Shown in pieces: positions 50,538-64,000 of a DNA stretch of 64,000 nucleotides. The notes below the pieces were generated by a model. It did not search any database. It was not told the DNA's origin and saw only the letters and a program-made list of their open reading frames with translations. How positions within the stretch are numbered: position 1 is the first letter of the stretch; each line of letters starts with the position of its first letter. The stretch spans positions 32,054,001 through 32,118,000 of the forward strand of contig OX597819.1 of NCBI GenBank assembly GCA_951406725.2, written 5' to 3'. Both the position numbers and the translations under genes were made by a program. The DNA comes from Octopus vulgaris. Lineage: Eukaryota.

Positions 50538-51559
50538 TATACATATCTATACATATATATACATACCTACATATGTACATACTTATATGTATAATATATA
50601 CATACGTATGTATGTATATACATATATATTTTATATTATATTTATGTGTGCGTGTGTGTGTATGCACACATACACACACACAGACATATATATAAATATT
50701 TTCATAAGTATATGTACAAATGTACAAATGTACATATATATATATGTATATGTGTGTATGTATGTATGTATGTATATATATATATATGTACACACACACA
50801 TATACATATATATGTATGTATATATTCAAATATGTGTGTGTATGTCACCAAGTATCCATGCATAAATATGTATAGACAATATTTTTCCTACTGCTTATCC
50901 TACCTTCAGCTACACACCCACTGTGGATGAGTGCGTGTGTGTGTGTCCGTGTATACCCATCCTTTCCAGAAAGTCCCATGGCTAATCTGTGAATAATCTG
51001 ATTTCACGAAGACGAAATTTCTCCAGCTGAATATCAACGTATTCCATTGAATCTATTACCAGTAGAACATTGTTTAAAAAGTGTAATCCATTGCCATCTT
51101 TATCCGCTTCCTCCTCCTTCTCTACTGCCACCACAACCACCACCACCAAGACCATCATGATAATAATGATCATGATCGTTATCGTCGTCGTCGTAGCAAC
51201 TACGTAGATCCAAGTTCGATCCTTCTGTTCTGCACCTTGGGGTTAAGTGTCTTCTACCACAGTCTCTTGTCGGCTTTAGCCTTGTGGGTGAAATTTTCTT
51301 GTTGGATCCCTTGTGGAAGATCACCGCAGAAAAGCTGGGTATCTCTAGCTTAGGTGGTAGATTTTCTTTAGTCAGCCATTGTTACTCTAACACCTGATCC
51401 TTGGCTGTCTTTTTGAGAAGTCCAAGTTGTCGCAAGCGTTCGGGCTAAGTCTATGGTCTGGAATAATTTTCCTTCTCCCCGCTTGTTATGGTGCCTCCGA
51501 AGAATATCATGGACGGTGCCATTCCTCCTTTATGTAAATCTTTGGAAAATCCTCATTAA

Positions 51560-51594
51560 CGTCGTCGTAGTCGTCGTGAAAATCATCGTCGTTG

Positions 51595-51630
<36 letters not shown>

Positions 51631-51804
51631 CTGTCGTGTCGTCGTCTTTGTCATTGTCATCGTCATCGACGTTGTCTCAACGCTGTCGTCGTCATCATCA
51701 TAATCATCATCCTCATCAATACCTTCCCCTCCTCGTCCTCGTCCTCGTCCTCGTCATCGTCCTCCTCCACCTCCTCTTCCTTATCACCATCATCATTATC
51801 ATCG

Positions 51805-51856
<52 letters not shown>

Positions 51857-51875
51857 TACCCTCATCATCAACATC
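51560..51875. repeat. Compound (TCA)/(TCG)/(TCC) trinucleotide repeat
   Basis: Direct. Confidence 0.92.
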
Positions 51876-52529
51876 TTCAGTACTTATACTTTATCAAAAT
51901 AACTTTGTATATGCATGTGTGTACGCATGCATGTATGTATGCATGTGTGTGTCTGCATGCATATATGCACGTGTTGTATGAATTGTTTATTATTATTATT
52001 ATTATTTTAATTTGTCGTATACAGAAGGAGCTGGTTTGCAACACAGGCAGTAAACACCATCACTGAAATTTGAATTTAAAAAAAAAAGGTAAATGTTCTA
52101 CAAGGAACTTTCGAAAGACCTTGCATAATTTTACTATTCTGTTTACACACTCTATTTCTAAAGTGTTTGTTAGCTGGTTACTTCTTTATTTCTGAAAATA
52201 CTAGCTTGTGATTGTCACTTTAGACAGTCAAGCGAACTAATATTTATTATAAATTAATGTAAGCTCATAATTTGATTAGAGAAACGATAAGTTTAGAAGC
52301 ATCGGCCCATAAAAAATTTCCTTACCGATTTAAAAAAAAAATGTTCATTTCTGCCGGGCTGCTGACCTCTGTGACAGTAGTACATGATTTTTCATAACTG
52401 TATAACAATGCAACTATTTACACAGAAATTGTGATAGCTATGTTTCACCAAAATTCCTTGTGTTGATGTTGAAATGTGTGCTTTTCGGTATGAGCAGTAG
52501 ACTCTCTATTTATTTCAGAACAGACATTC

Positions 52530-52774
<245 letters not shown>

Positions 52775-52922
52775 AGTAAAAAAAACACAAATTTCCACAC
52801 GAAAGCACGTGATTTCTGCCCTTGGCATGTAGCTTCAACCGTGCTTTCTGACGTAAATTTGCTACCCGGGTATCGGTTAACCGAATTATCCATACTAGGA
52901 TATTTCATTCAACTACTTAAAC

Positions 52923-53003
<81 letters not shown>

Positions 53004-53079
53004 TTAGGGAGTATGGCTCCAAACTTACAGGGAAAAATTAGATTTAGGATTAAATCAAATTTCACAGTATAAATATATA

Positions 53080-53230
53080 AAATATGAGTTAGAGATAAAA
53101 CCACTACTAGGCAACTCAAACAGTGATAGACATAAACCAATACATAAATAAATAAATAATTATTTATTTATTTATTGGTTTATGTCTATCACTGTTTGAA
53201 TTGCCTAGTAGTGGTTTTATCTCTAATTCA

Positions 53231-53235
<5 letters not shown>
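53080..53235. repeat. Near-perfect palindrome next to (TA)n
   Basis: gagataaaaccactactaggcaa / ttgcctagtagtggttttatctc. Confidence 0.92.
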
Positions 53236-53273
<38 letters not shown>

Positions 53274-53502
53274 CCCACAGTTTTTGTGGGTTGCATCGAG
53301 CTGTACCGACATAATGTAGGATAAATATAACTCAACATTCGCACTGATCAAAAGGGGTAAAAGTCCCTCTGTTAAACATCCATTAATGTTATATCACCTG
53401 AACAAATTAATCTATGAAGATGATCAACCCACTGATACTACGGACTACACTGTAATCATCTCAGGAATACGGACTGTGAGCTTAAGAAACATGTGAATTA
53501 TT

Positions 53503-53690
53503 AGCGGTCCGGGCGAATGCAGTATTTCGTCTGCTGCTACGTTCTAAGTTCAAATTCCGCCGAGATTCGACTTTGCCTTTCATCCTTTCCGGATCGATAA
53601 ATTAAGTGCCAGTGAAACACTGGGGTCGATGTAATCGAGTAGATCCCTCCCACTTAAATTCAGACCTTGTGCTTCTAGCAGAATGGGTTA
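53503..53690 (+). mobile_element. SINE family B, partial
   Basis: Homology to family B. Confidence 0.7.
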
Positions 53691-53694
53691 TTAT

Positions 53695-53754
<60 letters not shown>

Positions 53755-53948
53755 CATAAATGAGGGCAAAGGAAAACATTTCTAATGCCAAATATGCCGA
53801 AAAATTGGACATATTGTCCATTAACCATATGATGGGCTGGAGTATTTCTATTTTGGATGTATTTGGGGTACTTAGTTGTGCCCATGACTTAGTATTTGCT
53901 TCTTCCATGGGTATGAGTAAGTATCTCATTTATTTCTTTTGCCACATG

Positions 53949-54001
53949 TATCACTGACGAAGAGAGGGCTCTTAGTAGCTAACTCTGAAATCGGTCCGAT
54001 A
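53949..54001 (+). ncRNA. Type I hammerhead-like motif between 80-bp inverted repeats
   Basis: TATCA-CTGACGA-AGAG...CTCT-GAAA-TCG-GTC-CGATA. Confidence 0.55.
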
Positions 54002-54255
54002 TGGTAATAATGGAATTTTTAGAAATTTCTGTCGACCTTTTTTCGAGTAGCGTGCGTATTGTGAAAAAATTATATGGTTAATGGACAATATGTCCAATTT
54101 TTCGGCATATTTGGCATTAGAAATTTTTTCCTTTGCCCTCATTTATGAATTGTTTATAAATTTAACCGTTAAAGGTATTTTTTAATATGCTGGCCATTGA
54201 TAAAATTTTTTTCGAGAAAATATTTTTTTCGAAAAGAATTTTATCCTCACATTTG

Positions 54256-54294
<39 letters not shown>

Positions 54295-54504
54295 TGATTG
54301 ATTGATTGATTCTAGTTTCAGCTTATGAGCCATATATATAAAAGTAGCTAAATGATACAAGGCACCAATATTTACTGGAAAATAGCAATCGATATAAATA
54401 CGACGCTAATGAATAGCTTCACTGCGTATATGCAAGCAAAGACGTGTGTGTGTGTGCGCAACAAACATGAAAAAAATTTGTATATGTATGTATATATATA
54501 TGAT

Positions 54505-54888
54505 GGATGGAAGCACTCCGTCGGTTCCGACGACGAGGGTTCCGGTTGATCCGATCAACGGAACAGCCTGCTCATGAAATTAACGTGTAAGTGGCTGAGC
54601 ACTCCACAGACACGTGTACCCTTAACGTAGTTCTCGGTGATATTCAGCGTGACACAGAGAGTGACAAGGCCGGCCCTTTGAAATACAGGTACAAGAGAAA
54701 CAGGAAGTAAGAGTGAGAGAAAGTTGTGATGAAAGAGTACAGCAGGGATCACATTATCCCCTGCCGGAGCCTCGTGGAGCTTTAGGTGTTTTCGCTCAAT
54801 AAACACTCACAACGCCCGGTCTGGGAATCGAAACCGCGATCCTACGACCGCGAATCCGCTGCCCTAACCACTGGGCCATTGCGCCTCC
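54505..54888 (-). mobile_element. SINE family C, full length
   Basis: Homology to family C. Confidence 0.88.
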
Positions 54889-54917
54889 ACGTATATATAT
54901 ATATACATACATACACA

Positions 54918-55489
54918 CAGTGTGACCCAAAAGTAGGTTTACAGTTATCACGTAGGCACTTTAATTTTCTTTTAAAACATTTTATTACATTTAAATTTCT
55001 ATCTTACAATTATATTGTTTATGCACACATCTTCAACAGACAATGTTTAATTTCTCAGAAGCTCAAAATATCCTCCTTCAACTTTCCAACATTATTCAAA
55101 CCTCTTCAGAAGATTCTTGCACACAGTGCGGCACAAATTCCGATCTCCATCAATTTCAGTGAATGAGTCAGAAATGTAATCTTTCAATTCATCAACTGTT
55201 TTGGGATTATTCTCATAAACCTTGTTCTTTACTTCACCCCTCCCAAAAAGAAATCCATTGGTGTCAGGTCAGGTGAACGTGGTGGTGGCCAATTGTTTTC
55301 CATGGCTCACACTTTACAGTACCTATAAAAAAAAATAACAATTACAAACTGAGAAAGGAGCTTGACAAAATTAGCTAAATTAGAATGAAATAATGGCTTC
55401 ATATTTTTCATAATTAAGATCTAAACTGTTAATATATGAATGTGAAAGAGATAGTTGAATAACAGTTAACCTACTTTTGGGCCACCCTA
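54918..55489 (-). mobile_element. Internally deleted Tc1/mariner-superfamily element
   Basis: TIRs cccaaaagtaggtt / aacctacttttggg. Minus translation WPPPRSPDLTPMDFFL...VKNKVYENNPKTVDELK...EGGYFE. Confidence 0.82.
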
Positions 55490-55801
55490 TATATATATAT
55501 ATATATATATATCTGTTTTTTCTTTGTAAAAAAAGGTTCGTTCCATGCTTGTTTTTACGTTTTCGTTCTTGTTGAGTTCTGCGTCTATTTGTGGTGTCCT
55601 GTACTCACGTATATATATTTATATATGCATGTATATATACATGTAGATGTAGGTACGTACATATATGTATGTATGTATGCATATATTTTATTTATTACAC
55701 TATTGTATGACTGAGCGCCTTCGCGTCGATTCGATTCGATTCGTTCCGTTCCGTTTCGTTTCGTTTCGTTTCTTCTTCTTCTTCTTCTTCTCCCAGTACA
55801 G

Positions 55802-55851
<50 letters not shown>

Positions 55852-56021
55852 TAAAACTTAAATAGCCGATACATCAATGAGAACTGGTAAACAGTTGATT
55901 ATCCAGTATATATATATATATATATATACAACGCCCGGTCTGGGAATCGAAACCGCGATCCGGCGACCGTGAGTCCGCTGCCCTAGCCACTGGGCCATTG
56001 CGTCTCCACATGTCGCATGTG

Positions 56022-56117
<96 letters not shown>

Positions 56118-56134
56118 TTATTTATTTATTTATT

Positions 56135-56170
<36 letters not shown>

Positions 56171-56179
56171 TGTGACATG

Positions 56180-56460
56180 TGGAGGCACAATGGCCCAGTG
56201 GCTAGGGCAGCGGACTCACGGTCGCTGGATCGCGGTTTCGATTCCCAGACCGGGTGTTGTGAGAGTTTATTGAGCGAAAACACCTAAAGCTCCACGAGGC
56301 TCTGGCAGGGGGTGGTGGCGATCCCTGCTGTACTCTTTCGCCACAACTTTCTCTCATTCTTTTTTCTGTTGGCCTGCTCGCTTAGCCAGCGGGGTGGCGT
56401 CATTTGAAGGCTAAAACAATGTGAAGCGCATTGTGACCAGCGATGTGTAGTCGGTCACGG
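56180..56460 (+). mobile_element. SINE family C head with a third type of 3' tail
   Basis: Matches family C to ~56370, then diverges. Confidence 0.75.
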
Positions 56461-56461
56461 T

Positions 56462-56526
<65 letters not shown>

Positions 56527-57235
56527 ATAAGTACGTCTGTGTTTGTGCTTGTGTGTTTTTGTCTGTGTGCAGCATGTGTGCATGTATGTGTGTGCGTATG
56601 GGTGTGTGTATATATTTAGTTATAAATATTTCTATGTATTCATCACCTAATGAACGTAAGTTTGTGTATATGGGTGCCGACGAATAAATCTCTTCCTGTG
56701 TGAAAGCGTCTATTAATGACTGATTAAGCAAATATCATGAGCACCAGGACAACTGAAATTAAGTTTTCCGAATGGACTGGCTGACAAGTTAGTATAACAG
56801 AGTGACCATGCGTCATTTGAAGAAAAACATTTTTACAGACAAAAGACATAACGAATACTTCTAAACTATATATCTTGACAGTTCAGAGTGTTAATCCACG
56901 TTCACAAAAGGCGAGACGTGCTTACGATAAACAAAGACAGAAATTTAGGTCTGGTTAATTTACATTTATTCTTTTGGTTTTTATTTCCATAAACTAATCT
57001 CGGTCTATTTGTTTTCTAATTTATATTCATGATTTTTACTACCATTACTTTATTTGGTATTGTTATGACATATGTGTATTTGAACCTATATATTACTCAG
57101 TACAGGGAGAATGCTAAAGATAGAGCATAGTAAAAAGTAATGGCAAACTGGACGTGATGCAGCTAACTATCACCGCCATTCACCTGACGACGTGGGATAC
57201 ACAGCTGTTGCTGCATCATATTTTATTATATAAGA

Positions 57236-57614
57236 CTAGCAGTATCGCCCGGCGTTGCTTGGGTTTGTAAGGGAAATAACTATATAAGCATTTTTAGAGA
57301 TGTAAAGTATAATAGCCATCTCAATATGGCTAACCACAAAGGCGGGGGTGTTACTGTAGCTTTTTACGTTCTGAGATTTAATAATAAATTTTTAGAGAGT
57401 TACTTCCCTTATATATGCCAAAAATGCATTAAAAATGGGGAAAATTGATGGGTAGACTCATCGTAGACGCGCGCTAATACACAGAAGGGCTCGATATGAA
57501 TCACGACTATAAGATAACCGGGTTTGGTTAAACTGCACCGCAAAATGTGGGAGTAGTTAGGAATCTAAATCGTAGGAGACAGACAGCACACAACCTCACT
57601 TTTATATATAAAGA
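57236..57614 (-). mobile_element. Non-autonomous Helitron, complete
   Basis: Same termini as 30120-30517. Confidence 0.85.
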
Positions 57615-58764
57615 TTTATGTAATTGTATGATATGGAAAACTCCACAACAGCTGGTACCAATGCACAGAAACAATTTTTGTGATTTGTGATTAAAGCCTG
57701 TTTATTTTGTCTTCTTCGTTTAAGAATTTTTATATTAACTTGTGGGACCTGTGGAAATTTCACAGAACGAAAAAAAATTAAGGGTAGCTATTTAAGCAAA
57801 AAATATTTTTATACTTATTTTATATTATATGATTTTAAAATTTACCCCTGTTAAGCACTTAATATTTCTCTCTTCCTCTTCCTCTTCAGCAAACTTTTTA
57901 ACCATTTAATTCCCCGCTTCATCTCTTTAACATGTTTCTCTTTCTCTTCACCTTTCCCTCCCCACCCTACAGCATGTCATTAACACTTCTCTCTCCCACT
58001 TTTCTCTCACCGTCTTTTTCTCTTGTCCTTCGTCTCTCCCTGCAATTAATCACATGATGCATTTGACCTTAGTGTATTATTATATTCCTCTCTTCTTTCT
58101 TCTCTACTCATGTTTCTTCAAAAACTACCTTAGCTTGTTGCATGATCAGGGGCTGATTGTCGCTTCTTTACTCATAAATTGCGAGTGGGGACGGATAGCT
58201 GCCAATGCTAGAAAACTAGTTTTCTTGATACAAAATATGTTTGCCAAATAGCAATAAACAGCATCTAAGGCAATATAATCCCATTTCCACTTTAATTTCT
58301 TTAGGAATGACTTCTGATATTTATTTCACCCTACCTACTTCTATAAATAGAAAAGCTCTTTTGTCTCCATTCAACTGAATATCCCTCCCCACTTTCTAGC
58401 AGTTCAAAATAACTTAAAGAATATTCTTCAGTCAGAAGATAAATTCTAATACCTTAACGTTCTTAACCTTCAAATCAACATCTCTGTCTATATATCTACC
58501 CTCTTTATAGTGTTATCAATTGACATGAAAATTTGTATTGATGGAAAACCTCTATAAATGGCTGATGATTGCTCAACATTTTAAAACTGTTGTAATATTT
58601 ACAATGTTTAATAAAATGATGTAGCGTGAAACGATCGTACCAAATTACCGAAGATATTCTTGTTGCTTACTTTGATATATATATATATATATATACATAC
58701 ATATTCCCTGTTATTTGCTCACATTGAAAAGTATACATACATTTATATATATGTATATATATAA

Positions 58765-59410
58765 AATATAAAATGGGACAAGAACGCAAAACATCCAGAC
58801 AGTTAGGTGATACAAAAAAGGGACAACAAAACATCCAGATACATGATACAAAGAAAGCAAGGACAGGTCATTCGAAGTTTTCTTTCCCCAGTGGAGTTCC
58901 AGATTATCTTTGCAATTTCGGCTGGTTATACTGGAGATTGTTCCAATCTGGCCAGCCCCAAGGGAAAACTAAGGTAAGAGCATTAGATTCCTTGGAAGAA
59001 AGCAGAGAATGTATACGAAAACAAGGATGAAAAAAAAAAACCGAGAAAGTTACACAAATAGAAATGACAGGACATAACAACAAGTGTCTTTCGACTAAGG
59101 ACAAATTGAATTAAGCTCGCATGTGTGGAAATAAAAGCTTACGGCAGGGTTACAAGATTTCACAGGCACATGGAGGAATATAGATGTTCCACGAACGACA
59201 CCCGAACCAAGGAAAGATCAGACTTAGCCGAACACCGGTCATGTGGGGAGAGAAGATAGAGACGTAGAGGCAGAGGGAAAGAAGAATTAAGGAGGGGCGA
59301 AAAAAAATGACAAGGACAAAGTGAAAGTAAAAGAGGAGGGAAAGTGAGCAAGAAGTGAAGGCAGGGAAATGTGAGAGAGGGGGAACGAAAGAACGAAGAA
59401 TAGAATGAAC
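58765..59410 (-). mobile_element. Putative PLE 3' region (CT-rich tract, structured motif, duplicated tail) between (TA)n tracts
   Basis: Layout parallels 19790-20520 without clear primary-sequence identity. Confidence 0.45.
58876..58970 (-). ncRNA. Second candidate permuted hammerhead-like RNA
   Basis: ATC, GAAA and CTGGGGA in the same order; pairs GGCTGG/CCAGCC, CCAGATT/AATCTGG, CAAT/ATTG, AGTTTTC/GAAAACT. Confidence 0.4.
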
Positions 59411-59524
<114 letters not shown>

Positions 59525-59725
59525 TTATGAATATTTATGGATGTGTCTTGGTGGGTCATTACGCCAGTAATAATAACACATGCACGTTTTCAAATTCCAC
59601 CTCAGTTGGTTAAATATCTACCCGGCTAACAATTTGCATTCTCACAAGACACAAGATTTGTTTCAAAAATGAATTCACATAAAGAATCTTGCAAACCAAA
59701 TACAAAAATTAAGTGCGTGTGTGTG

Positions 59726-59781
<56 letters not shown>

Positions 59782-60402
59782 TATATATAGTTGATAAGTT
59801 AAGAAAAAATTAAGATTTGGTTGAATTAGCTACTTAAGTTGAGGCAACAGTTCGGTATGGTCAGCACAGCTCGAAGTTAGGTAAATAAAAAACAACTAAT
59901 TGATGTAATGTTTTCATTGATCGAATAAATGGAACCGCTTGAAACGGCCGTAATGTACGATACCTGGACATCCTTGTTACTTATTTGCTATGTATGTATA
60001 TATGTATATATATATGTGTGTGTGTGTATGTATGTATGTATATATATATTTGTATATGTATATATGTATGTATGTATATATGTATGTATGTATGCATGTA
60101 TGTATTATGCATGGGTGGATGGATGGAGGATAGATGGATGGATGGATTTGTGAACAGATGACAGCTGCTAATTTGGAACTTCGAAGTCTCTGCCATATTC
60201 TTGTAAAGAAAAAGCATCCTTGTAAAAATCCAAATGTACTTTTCTAAAAAAGCGTATTTAGTAAGCATTCAGTTTAATACCCAAATTGCTGTTACATAAG
60301 ACTTCACACAATAACGAACATTAATACGTAAATATATATATGCTATTTATACATGTGTGTGCGTGTGTATGCGTGTGTGTATATGTAATATATATGAATA
60401 TT

Positions 60403-60444
<42 letters not shown>

Positions 60445-61122
60445 ATATTGTATATATATATATATATAATATATACGATTATATACTATGAACATATCCA
60501 TGTATACAGACATGTGCTTCCATGTGTGTTTGTGAGTGTTTGTGTGTGTCTGTGTGTGAAAACATGTATACGTATTCTCTATTTTTTATAAAAAAATACT
60601 ATAATCTGAAAATATTCGAGGAAAAAGAAAAAGAAAAAGCTATCGCACGTTTTTCAAGTATAATTATAGCTTTTAAAATATTTTCTAAAAATTTAGTTTC
60701 CACATTAAATCATGATATTCCTGTATGTCAAATTGCTTTCATTGGCTAAATTTTTATTTATGCATAACTGCAAGAATTTGCATTTTTGTTTCTGATATAC
60801 GTATATCCTTTTTTGATTTCAAAGTATTCGAATGTCATATCCTATAGTTCTGTTTTAAACATACATACATACATGCATACATACATAGACTCATGCATAC
60901 ATCATCAATATAAAAAGAAAATACCTGCGCTGAACTATTGAGAAATCTACAGTTACTCTACTCAGATTACAAATTGGGGCACTGGGTTATGTAACACACT
61001 GCCTCGATCTCAATCTTGGGAAATTAGACTTCTCAGAAAGAGAAAGATTATTCGAAGAGAACAGATCCAATCCCTTAGTGGAATTGTAGAAATTTGTAAA
61101 ACTAAAACTTGTCTGAAGTATA

Positions 61123-61551
61123 GGATATTTTCAGTTTGAACGGCAGTTTTTAACATAATTTCTAGGTAACTAAAAAATTTTAAACTTCGTATATTGGTAG
61201 AATGTGTTTATAAAACATATTTTTCTCTTGGCTTTATTGAGAAAATTCTATAGTTTGTAAGGTATTTGTTGTTTTTTTTCTTCAATTTCTGCCATTTCAA
61301 CCAATCAATGACGTCCATTGAGGTAAAAAAACATTCTCTACCGTATGAATATGTCCCTCGGTTAAGAAACAGATTGGGTTTATTTACATTTGTGAAGGAA
61401 AAAAATATACCCTTCTCCCCACCCCTAACCCTAACTAACCCTAATCCTAAAACAGATTGAAATGCAATAGATCAATACTAGGGTCATAATTATGGGTGAT
61501 AATTTCATATGACACCGCTAGAAAAAACTGCCGTTCAAACCGAAAAGATCC
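61123..61551. mobile_element. MITE with GG termini and 8-bp TSD (Merlin-like), opposite orientation
   Basis: TSD gaagtata at 61115-61122 and 61552-61559. Confidence 0.85.
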
Positions 61552-62296
61552 GAAGTATATATGTGCATGTGTAGATATGCAACTGTTTGCATGAGAATAC
61601 AAAACAAAACATACAAATCCGCACATGCACTGATTCTAAATACTGCACATATATACAGTTACATGCAAAAATACACTGTTGGTATTGTTGAAATTGCATA
61701 GAAAGGGACTTGGATCTATGTAGGTTATAAACCGAGATACTCTATCTATTAGCAAGACATTTTTCAAATAAACCTAAATAATGACATGCGTACATATAGA
61801 AAGAAGAAAGCACCAACAGACGTTCTAAGTAGCAATACTGGGTTTTGTTGGTTTAGTATATTAAGTGTTATATTGACTTGTAGCAATAATGATAGGAAAG
61901 AATCCACACGCACGCACACGCACGCAAACGCACACACACACACACACACATACACACACACACACACACTCATACAACGTATATATGCGCGTGTCTGTAT
62001 GTATGTGCATATACATGCAAACATGAAAGTTTACATGTCAAGAGACCAGCATTGAATGTGTATATACATATTAGCTCGGAGCACTGCTCTAGCTTACGTC
62101 TAGAGGTATTTTCATCAAGTGTTCATCTGAAAATTCACTTCAGAATTTCACTCGGTGTTAGAACTGTTATTATTATCACCAAAAACTTAAAACAAAACTG
62201 AGGGCCAGACAGTAGTTTGAGATCCCAGGATAGAAATGCTGTTAAATCTGTTACTGGTGTAAAAGGTATGCAATGAGGAAGTGGTTATATACACAC

Positions 62297-62357
<61 letters not shown>

Positions 62358-62361
<4 letters not shown>

Positions 62362-62545
62362 TAATCCAAACAAGAAAACAAAAAGACAACAACGCGAGGA
62401 TGTGGAACAATTAAAGTATTATTGGGCGCTCAGGAAAAAAGGGGGGAAGAAGGAGGGTATGACGTTTTGAGCGGAGCTCTTCGTCGGAAACATAGGAGAA
62501 AGAAAGATCCCGAGGTGGGAGGACAGAGGGAAAAAAATGCAAGTG
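62358..62545 (-). mobile_element. PLE terminal-repeat-like fragment with mutated hammerhead
   Basis: Homologue of 19530-19735; minus gtttCCGACGAaGAGCtccGCTCaaaacGTCatac; follows (TA)n. Confidence 0.6.
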
Positions 62546-62574
62546 GTCTTCACGAGGTCAACATGTTCTTCTAT

Positions 62575-62876
62575 TGTTTCAGTCAGTTGACCGCGACCAT
62601 GATGGAGCACCGCCTTTAGTCGAACAGATCGACCCCAGGACTTATTCTTTGTAAGCCTAGTACTTACTCTATTGGTCTCTTTTGCCGAACCACTAAGTGA
62701 CGGGGACGTAAACACACTAACATTGGTAGTCAAGCAATTGTGGGTGGGGGACAAACAAAAACACTCAAGCATACACACACACACACACACACACATATAC
62801 GACGGGCTTCTTTCAGTTTCCGCCTACCAAATCCACTTACAAGGCTTTGGTAGGCCCGAGGCTATAGTAGAAGACC
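62575..62876 (-). mobile_element. SINE family A, partial
   Basis: Homology to family A. Confidence 0.8.
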
Positions 62877-62883
62877 CAAGGTC

Positions 62884-62949
<66 letters not shown>

Positions 62950-63178
62950 TATGATAATACCCGTGTGTTTTTCTCCGTCACAACATATGAAAGAGAAAGG
63001 AAAGGGTGCTAGGTGAATAAGGAATGAAGGAAGGGGTGATGTCAAACTGGTAGTGGGATGATGGAAATTGTATGGTGAAAAACATCAAGCATCGTTCAAA
63101 CCCTGCATGAGTATATGTGTATATGTAAAAGAGAGGTACGTGAATGTGTGTGTATGTGTGTGTGTGTGTTTGCTTGTT

Positions 63179-63236
<58 letters not shown>

Positions 63237-64000
63237 TGCGTGCGTGTCTGTGTGTGTACGCAATGGAAGTGGGATGGTGAACATTCAACGTTGCAAAGAA
63301 AAATCAAACAGCGTTTCAGCCCTGTGTGAAGTATGTGTATGCGTGTACAAGTATATGAGTACAAGTATGTGAGTATGTGTGTGCGTGTGCAAGGGAAGTA
63401 TGTAAACGTTTGTATGTGTGAGCCAGCGTTCTTTCAGAAACAAACGATGTTCGATGTCACATCTCAAAGACAACCACTAGATAATATTGACAAGTGTATT
63501 AATTTGATTTACCATCCACATTCTGTTTTGCTAAAAATAATTATTACAATCACACACACCTACACAAGCATATACATATACAAACTCATTAGAGAAAATA
63601 ATTATTGCTTGAGTGTATCAAGAATATAAAATGACTGCAGTTGAAAGGTATATTATAAATTTGGTAATAAAAGAATTATTAAACTAAAAACTTGGTTTTG
63701 TACCTAATTTATATATAAAATACTACAATTAGCCGATCTTCAAAGGAAGAACTCTCTTCCGACAAGTATTTCAGCCCTTATACCTGACAATCTACAGGAA
63801 CCGGACCCACCCAGTTCGTGACTCCTAGGTGTGCTCCTGCTGCTTTTTAAAATCCTGTCTTCAGCGGGTTTTGAACCTGGAACGTTCTTTTGTTCCCAAG
63901 TCTGTGTTTTAGCCCACTAGGTCTCTCTGATTGACAGAAAGCAAAAAGAAGAGAGGTGAAGAAACAACGAGCAAGCGTATTAGTTTAACGCTCAGGAAGA

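Noticed and set aside
63755-63872. Minus-strand CTGAAGA...GAAA-tactt-GTC candidate
   Set aside because: Only marginal pairing in all stems; cannot be separated from chance.

Overview
AT-rich, repeat-saturated eukaryotic DNA, probably intronic or intergenic. The SINE repertoire looks like an octopus or other cephalopod genome; that is recognition, not a search result. No intact host protein-coding gene is supportable, and nearly all listed ORFs are translations of microsatellites or SINEs. Contents: about 40 copies of at least four tRNA-derived SINE families, mariner/Tc1/pogo-type DNA transposon relics, non-autonomous Helitrons, a MITE pair with GG termini and 8-bp TSDs, a CR1/L2-like LINE tail, and Penelope-like elements (PLEs), one retaining frameshifted RT plus GIY-YIG. 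The recurring theme is PLE-type terminal fragments next to (TA)n tracts, often as near-perfect palindromes, carrying hammerhead-ribozyme (HHR)-like motifs. The most unusual signal is at 19983-20079 and 58876-58970 (minus strand). Two repeat families with dissimilar sequence both place hammerhead core elements in a non-canonical order (NUH, GAAA, CUGANGA) with covarying helices, suggesting a pseudoknotted, permuted hammerhead-like RNA. All structures were folded by eye and are untested. Repeat boundaries are approximate unless TSDs or TIRs are quoted.
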